Shown piece after piece: positions 58,908-64,000 of a stretch of 64,000 nt of DNA; positions within the stretch are counted from its first letter, which is position 1; every line of letters starts with the position of its first letter. The DNA lies in NCBI GenBank assembly GCA_964344485.1, contig CAYFNF010000001.1, positions 122,115 through 186,114 of the forward strand, read 5' to 3'. The translations under genes and the position numbers were made by a program. Source of the DNA: an uncultured Gammaproteobacteria bacterium (lineage in GTDB: Bacteria; Patescibacteriota; Patescibacteriia; UBA9570; XYC2-FULL-38-9). A model generated the notes under the pieces. The model searched no databases and was not told the origin of the DNA. It worked only from the letters and a program-made list of their open reading frames with translations.

Positions 58908-59777
58908 ATGAAACCGACTGCACTAATCCCGTATGAGGGAGTCGATGGGCCCGCCGCGTTCTTCGCTGCCTTGGAGCAGCGTTTCGAAAGAAACAGAAGG
59001 AACGGATACGGCACCGCGTTCGGCGCGGAGATCGAAGGACACCTGCACGTGGGGGACGACCCCATGCCCGCCCTGCGGGGACCTGAATTCCTTCAGCTCC
59101 GTGCGGAGCAATGCTCACCCGAGCGTCGCGCTCACAACGGATCGGATTCACTGTTCGCACCTGAGGTGCACCTCGGAAGGATCGAAGCACTCACGGTACC
59201 AGCACCGGACGTCGACGGCATGATGGCCGAAGTCACGCTCCGACTGCAGGAGATCGACGAGACTGCTGCCCGCATGGGTCTGAACTTCCGCTGTGATCCG
59301 ATCATCCCGATTCCGGATGACCATGAAACCGTGGTCCTCCCTGAACTGCTCGACTCCGAGCGCTACCAAGCACTGTCACCCCAAGCCGCTCGCGCGGCAC
59401 TCTCGGTCGCTGCACTGCAGTTCCAGAGGGGATGCCAGTCCATGGATCAAGCGCTCGGAATGTACGAAGCAGTCCGGCGTGCGTTGCCGGACCTACGTTT
59501 CATGGGAGATCTCACGGATGGTCGCCGACAGCGGCTCTACGAACTCTGGGTCGACCCAGAGATGGCTAGACCGCCGGTACTCCGGAATCGCATGCAAGTC
59601 TACGCGCACGCGAGACGCTACGGCTGGGTGAACGCGCCCAAGGGGTGGTGGTCCGACGTGAGGATCAACATGATGAACGGGACCGTGGAACTACGGTCAC
59701 CCGACGCATCGCGTGACCTCGCGCACATTCGGACTCTGGGCGAAGCCTTCGCTCACATCACCGCACCCTACGCGTAA
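58908..59777 (+). CDS. GCS2/YbdK-like carboxylate-amine ligase (short form, 289 aa); high GC
   Basis: AGGAGG precedes the ATG. TAFGAEIEGHLHVGD resembles YbdK FTLGIELEMQVV. GTVELRSPDAS resembles YbdK GTVEVRVMDTP. Confidence 0.5.
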   Translation: MKPTALIPYEGVDGPAAFFAALEQRFERNRRNGYGTAFGAEIEGHLHVGDDPMPALRGPEFLQLRAEQCSPERRAHNGSDSLFAPEVHLGRIEALTVPAPDVDGMMAEVTLRLQEIDETAARMGLNFRCDPIIPIPDDHETVVLPELLDSERYQALSPQAARAALSVAALQFQRGCQSMDQALGMYEAVRRALPDLRFMGDLTDGRRQRLYELWVDPEMARPPVLRNRMQVYAHARRYGWVNAPKGWWSDVRINMMNGTVELRSPDASRDLAHIRTLGEAFAHITAPYA

Positions 59778-59783
59778 ACTCCG

Positions 59784-59818
59784 AGGGGTTCTGGCCCAGC
59801 CCCTCAACCACTTTTTTC
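59784..59818 (+). terminator. Rho-independent terminator after the GCS2-like gene
   Basis: gagggg-ttctggcccag-cccctc followed by T6. Confidence 0.6.
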
Positions 59819-60025
59819 TAACTAATTCGTTTACATATAGTTGTACAACAGCACACTACGGTTATGAACAGTCAATTACAGTCTCACAGTTCAATAGAGA
59901 GTACCAATCGGTCATTCTGCGCCCGACAGTCTTTCTCATGGCAATACTATTACTACTATTCCCTAGTTTTTGGAAGGCTGTTTAGTGTGCCATAGAGATT
60001 TTCTTTATTACGTATCGCGATAAAA

Positions 60026-60052
60026 CCCTTCCAAGAACTGGAAGGGTTTTTT
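60026..60052 (+). promoter_or_regulatory. Conserved leader hairpin plus U-tract (copy 1) upstream of 460-aa paralog A
   Basis: cccttcca-agaac-tggaaggg plus T6, followed by the conserved block tcttgagaacg...cgacaacc. It lies about 135 nt before the ATG. Confidence 0.5.
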
Positions 60053-60187
60053 CTTGTCTACAGATTTTTCAGCGCGATTAGTTCATCGCAATAAAAGATC
60101 TTGAGATAAGGATTCACGAGTCTTGAGAACGCTCTTCACAAACAAAGCGACAACAACCAACAACCACAGCAACACACGAGGTACAAG

Positions 60188-61570
60188 ATGAACATTCTGG
60201 ACACGCACATCGAGCAGATGGAGTCCCTGGACCTGGGCGGGTTGGAGACCCGCAACATCCAGATGTCCCTGAGTCCGTTCGGGATTCTTCCCGGATACCG
60301 TACGGTCTACCCCCAGGTGGTCGTGGAAGCGCTGGCGAGCATCTTCACGGAGTTCAACGCAGCGTTCGCGCCCCTGATCGAGGCCAACCGCGAGTGGGAG
60401 ACCGACTACCAGTACTGCAACAACGGTGCTGGCCCGGTGAACTGGATCGTGCAGGTGGACATGGTCGGTCTGCCGCAACCGTTCCTGGAGCAGGCTGCGA
60501 GCATGCCCATGCCTGCCGTACGAGCGCTCCTGCGCAACCGCATCTTCGAGATGGAGAATTCCTGGGCCATGTACCAGTTCCTGGAACGGGCCTTCTCTCG
60601 AGATGGACGCGATAGCTTCTACAAGCAGCGAGTTCGTGCTCTACTCGACGCGCTGCGAGCGAAGTTCGGGCGTCCGATCGCCCTACTCGCGGTCACGCAC
60701 GAGAAGTGGCACGCCATGCGCGCGATCGAGTTCGGCAAGCAAGAGGGCGAGCCGCTCACGGACGAAGAGGTGCGCGAGCTGACCGGCTTCGATCGGCTCT
60801 TCGGCCCCGACGACTTCCGCGCGTACCTGGCTGCGAACCACGGCAAGTGCGACTACCTGCTCTACGCGCGCACCAGCGACCCGATCGAGAAGCTCAAGAA
60901 GCCGAACATCGCAGTCGACCACCCGCTGCTCGCGGACCCGGAGATGCGACGCCTGATCAAGGCGCACGCGATCACGTTCAACGTGGACAATCCGGAGTGG
61001 CCGACCGGCAGTTCGCGGCGGATCAACGACACCAAGTGGTACATGCCGCCCATGGGCATGGCGTACCCGGTCCGTAGAGATCAGGACTACCTGCATGCAG
61101 CGTTTCTGGAACACCTGTTCCGCGGCCGCGCGTACGATCAGTACGACGATGAGCGTCTGAGCTCGGACTTCGAAGCGTACCTGTGCCTGCAAGGAGTCGA
61201 CATCGCAGCGGTTCATGCGGGCCAGGTGACGATGCGGGCCAAACCCGCTCAGGGCGCGTTCGGATGCTATGGACACGTGGTCGGTCCACTGACCAGGGGC
61301 AAGATCCGCTCCAAGATCCGACGGAACCTGCAGAAGCGCGGACCGTACATGCTGCAGCCTGAGATGCGTACCCCCATGGTCCAGGACCAGGCAAGTGGTG
61401 CTCGGTATCTGTACATCGATCGGAACTTCTTCGGAATGCTGGACGGTGCACCCGTCTTCCTCGGAGGATTCCGTTCCATGATGCCGGTGGATGCGCACGA
61501 AGCGCACAAGGGTCGCAATCACGGGAACCACCACACGGTACACGCCGAGGTGATCTCGGAAGAGATGTAG
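60188..61570 (+). CDS. Uncharacterised 460-aa protein, paralog A; high GC
   Basis: Conserved blocks shared with paralog B: AANREWETDYQYCNNG, PIALLAVTHEKWHA, GPYMLQPEM, FLGGFRSMMPV-AHEA-K-RNHG. Confidence 0.6.
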   Translation: MNILDTHIEQMESLDLGGLETRNIQMSLSPFGILPGYRTVYPQVVVEALASIFTEFNAAFAPLIEANREWETDYQYCNNGAGPVNWIVQVDMVGLPQPFLEQAASMPMPAVRALLRNRIFEMENSWAMYQFLERAFSRDGRDSFYKQRVRALLDALRAKFGRPIALLAVTHEKWHAMRAIEFGKQEGEPLTDEEVRELTGFDRLFGPDDFRAYLAANHGKCDYLLYARTSDPIEKLKKPNIAVDHPLLADPEMRRLIKAHAITFNVDNPEWPTGSSRRINDTKWYMPPMGMAYPVRRDQDYLHAAFLEHLFRGRAYDQYDDERLSSDFEAYLCLQGVDIAAVHAGQVTMRAKPAQGAFGCYGHVVGPLTRGKIRSKIRRNLQKRGPYMLQPEMRTPMVQDQASGARYLYIDRNFFGMLDGAPVFLGGFRSMMPVDAHEAHKGRNHGNHHTVHAEVISEEM

Positions 61571-61728
61571 CACGCCGCACTCTCCAAGCGAGAAGTCCGG
61601 CTTTTTTTTGCCAACAATAGCATTTTCTTCATGAAAAAGCCTTTATTTTTAAACCGAAATATGATGTAGCGCAATAAACGCTTTTTTTCTAGCATTTTCG
61701 CCATTTACTATGTTTTTTTTGCTAATAC

Positions 61729-61756
61729 TTGACTTTTTTTCAAAAACCTTTATGAT
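61729..61756 (+). promoter_or_regulatory. Sigma70-like promoter (TTGACT - 16 nt - TATGAT) about 370 nt upstream of paralog B
   Basis: TTGACT at 61729-61734 and TATGAT at 61751-61756. Implies a long 5' leader. Confidence 0.45.
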
Positions 61757-61938
61757 ATGTTAAATTCAACCTAGGAAAAATGGACTTACAACGCCTTTCA
61801 ACAATGCATCAAAAACGAATTAGCTGGTTTTTTAGCCCTCTAATTCTCATTGAGGTGATTTATTTTTTCGGAATTATTCACCGATTGGAAGGCCGCTTGA
61901 CGTGTACTAGATAACAAACAACTATCGTTTCACAGCAA

Positions 61939-61963
61939 CCCTTCCAATCCTGGAAGGGTTTTT
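61939..61963 (+). promoter_or_regulatory. Conserved leader hairpin plus U-tract (copy 2) upstream of 460-aa paralog B
   Basis: cccttcca-atcc-tggaaggg plus T5, followed by cttgtct and tcttgagaacg blocks shared with copy 1. Confidence 0.5.
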
Positions 61964-62125
61964 GCTTGTCTTGAGATGTTTCCATACGACACTACAGCCG
62001 TATTGAAACATCTTAAGAGGAGTGCAAACAACTCTTGAGAACGGTTCATTGACAGCAAAACCGACAACCTCACACCCGCCTACTACACCCGCCCATCTGT
62101 TCCCTCCTGCTCATCAGAGTGAAAG

Positions 62126-63508
62126 ATGCCTACCTTCGACACGCACTTCGACACTACCCCCTCTCTCTCGCTGGGTTCGGTGCTCGACCTCGCCATCCAG
62201 TCCACCATGGGCCCGTTCCAGGTGCTGCCTGGCTTCCACGCCACCTACCCGCCGGTCGTGCTGCAGGCGCTCGCCAACCTCTACCTCGAGTACAACGCGG
62301 CCTTCTCCCCGCTGATCGCGGCCAACCGCGAGTGGGAGACCGACTACCAGTACTGCAACAACGGCCACGGTCCGACCAACTTCGGTGTCCAGATCGACAT
62401 GGTCGGCCTGCCCCAGAGCTTCCTGGACGCGGTCGCAGACCTGCCCGAGCCCGTGGTGCGAGAGCTCCTGCGCTACAAGATCTTCGAGATCGAGAACAGC
62501 CTGGCCATGTACCAGCTCCTGATGCACCTGTTCCCGCGCACCGGAAGTCCGCACACCTTCTTCGACACCCAGTTCCGGGCAGTCCTGGAAGACCTGCGTC
62601 GCCGTCACGGCAAGCCGATCGCGCTGCTCGCGGTCACGCAGGAGAAGTGGCACGCCATACGCCAGACCGAGTTCGGCCTCACCGGCGACCAGCCGCTCTC
62701 CAGCGACGAGGTCCGACGCCTCACCGGCTTCGACCACTTCCTCGGTCCGGACGACTTCCACGCGCACCTCGCGGCGAACCACGGCGACTGCCAGTTCCTG
62801 CTCTACGCCCGCACTAGCCACCCGGTGGCCAAGCTCCGGAAGCCGGCCACGGCTGTGGAACACCCCCTGCTCAGCTTCCCCGAGATGCGGCGCATGATCA
62901 AGGCCCTGGCCATCACGTACAACGTGGATGATCCGGACTGGTCAACTGGAGACCCTCGCCACATCAACGATAGCAAGGGGTACATGCCGCCTATGCGCAT
63001 GGCGTTCCCGCTCGACAGCGAGACCGACTACCTCACGCTGGGGCTCTGCAAGCACCTCTCCCGCGGTCAGCCCTGCCAGACGTACACCGGGCAGCACTTC
63101 ACCGACAGCTTCGTCCAGTTCCTGCGCTCGCACGGCGTGGACCCGGCTGCGGTGGCCAGCGGAGAGATCATGCTGCGGGCCAAGCCCACGATGTGCTCCT
63201 ACGGCTGCTACGGTCACGTGTCTGGCGCGGTCCCGAACTCCAAGTTCCGCGGAGAAGTCCGCCGCAACATGCGCCTGCGTGGCCCGTACATGCTCCAGCC
63301 TGAGATGAAGACACCCAAGATCGTCAACGCCGACGATGGGCAGATGTACACGTACATCGATCGAGTCTTCTTCGGGATGGTCAACGGCGAGCCGTCGTTC
63401 CTCGGTGGGTTCCGGTCCATGATGCCGGTGCACGCCCACGAGGCGCTCAAGCGCCGCAACCACGGGAGCAACGAAACCGTCTGGGCCGAGGTCCGCTCGG
63501 AGTCCTAG
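62126..63508 (+). CDS. Uncharacterised 460-aa protein, paralog B; high GC
   Basis: Same length as paralog A, roughly 55-60% identical to it by eye, with the same conserved blocks. Confidence 0.6.
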   Translation: MPTFDTHFDTTPSLSLGSVLDLAIQSTMGPFQVLPGFHATYPPVVLQALANLYLEYNAAFSPLIAANREWETDYQYCNNGHGPTNFGVQIDMVGLPQSFLDAVADLPEPVVRELLRYKIFEIENSLAMYQLLMHLFPRTGSPHTFFDTQFRAVLEDLRRRHGKPIALLAVTQEKWHAIRQTEFGLTGDQPLSSDEVRRLTGFDHFLGPDDFHAHLAANHGDCQFLLYARTSHPVAKLRKPATAVEHPLLSFPEMRRMIKALAITYNVDDPDWSTGDPRHINDSKGYMPPMRMAFPLDSETDYLTLGLCKHLSRGQPCQTYTGQHFTDSFVQFLRSHGVDPAAVASGEIMLRAKPTMCSYGCYGHVSGAVPNSKFRGEVRRNMRLRGPYMLQPEMKTPKIVNADDGQMYTYIDRVFFGMVNGEPSFLGGFRSMMPVHAHEALKRRNHGSNETVWAEVRSES

Positions 63509-63513
63509 AACCA

Positions 63514-63548
63514 CCGCGCCTCATCAGCGAGGTCGCGGCCCTTTTTTT
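63514..63548 (+). terminator. Rho-independent terminator after paralog B
   Basis: An imperfect GC-rich hairpin (ccgcgcctc...gaggtcgcgg) followed by T7. Confidence 0.5.
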
Positions 63549-63637
63549 ACTAGAACGCAGATACTCATCTGTTCAAGCATTGAACGATTGAGCTATCTGT
63601 TCTATTATAAGAACATTGTTTTTTTGCAAAAACTCGT

Positions 63638-64000
63638 ATGAAAAGCAACAGTGTAAAGGATATTCTTCCTTTAACAAAGAAATTCATCACCATTAAATCA
63701 AATCCAGAGAACGCTAAGGAGCTAGCGCAAATTTTAAATTTGTCATTAGCGCAACTACGAGGGTTTACCATTGAACGCTTTGAGCGCAATGGAGCGAAGA
63801 GCGCTTTAGTCTATAATACAAAAAAAAGACCTAAGAAATTCAAAGCACTACTGAACGGTCACTTGGATATCATTCCTGGCAAGGATTTTCAACACAAGCC
63901 ACAGGTCAAGGGTGATCGACTATACGGTGTGGGCTCGATGGACATGAAAGGGAACGTTGCGGCAATGATTGCGGTGTTTAAAGACATGGCTCGAACTGTT
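63638..64000 (+). CDS. M20-family metallopeptidase (DapE/ArgE-like), 5' partial; runs off the window end
   Basis: MKSNSVKDILPL...LNGHLDIIPG...GVGSMDMKGNVAAMIAV, the M20 His and Asp metal-binding motifs. Not in the ORF track because no stop lies within the window. Confidence 0.6.
   Translation, partial: MKSNSVKDILPLTKKFITIKSNPENAKELAQILNLSLAQLRGFTIERFERNGAKSALVYNTKKRPKKFKALLNGHLDIIPGKDFQHKPQVKGDRLYGVGSMDMKGNVAAMIAVFKDMARTV

Noticed and set aside
60683-63514. Long minus-strand ORFs (60683..61573, 61023..61580, 62114..62863, 62942..63514) inside the paralog genes
   Set aside because: They are high-GC antisense shadows. They are Arg/Pro-rich, lack motifs and SD sites, and are fully nested in the better-supported + strand genes.
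1-64000. Alternative genetic code (UGA recoded as Gly, as in some CPR lineages)
   Set aside because: TGA clearly terminates well-conserved genes here (for example trpS ends at a TGA that overlaps the mscS start). The standard bacterial code is assumed.
1-64000. CRISPR arrays or IS/transposase genes
   Set aside because: I saw no regularly spaced direct repeats, no terminal inverted repeats flanking ORFs, and no transposase or integrase motifs. The high-GC inserts have no recognisable mobility genes.

Overview
This window is a 64 kb gene-dense bacterial chromosomal segment. TGA is used as a stop codon, which is consistent with genetic code 11. The backbone is AT-rich, about 40-45% GC by eye, and several encoded proteins carry lysine-rich tails. 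The gene content looks like a Patescibacteria/CPR-type organism, but that assignment is weak.

Housekeeping genes I can support from the translations:
- a UvrD/PcrA-family helicase
- secG
- an oligopeptide-type ABC substrate-binding protein
- tRNA-Leu(CAG)
- RNase J
- trpS
- an MscS-family channel
- murD, translationally coupled to an unusual QueC-like PP-loop protein
- gpmI, coupled to an inositol monophosphatase (suhB-like)
- glmM
- a divergent Elp3 / Trm9-like tRNA U34 modification pair
- glyA and folD
- two adjacent ECF sigma factors
- ychF
- a THUMP RNA methyltransferase
- ligA
- gatC and gatA
- a stand-alone receiver (REC) domain
- ndk
- a partial M20 peptidase at the 3' edge

The centre of the window (about 38.7-51.1 kb) is a complete type IV pilus operon on the + strand: pilM, pilN, pilO, a pilP-like gene, pilB, a degenerate pilT-like gene, pilC, pilA, pilD and four minor pilins. 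No secretin is present.

The most striking feature is a set of about ten sharply bounded high-GC ORFs (roughly 60-67% GC by eye) scattered through the AT-rich backbone. Each has a Shine-Dalgarno site; strong hairpin/T-run terminators are visible at the LOG-family, GCS2-like and 460-aa paralog genes, and at other high-GC ORFs the terminator is absent or weak. The 3' end contains a three-gene high-GC block: a GCS2/YbdK-like carboxylate-amine ligase followed by two tandem 460-aa paralogs of unknown function, each preceded by a long, conserved, structured 5' leader. This block is the best candidate for an undescribed acquired system.

All functional calls come from motif recognition in the supplied translations. 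No database search was possible.
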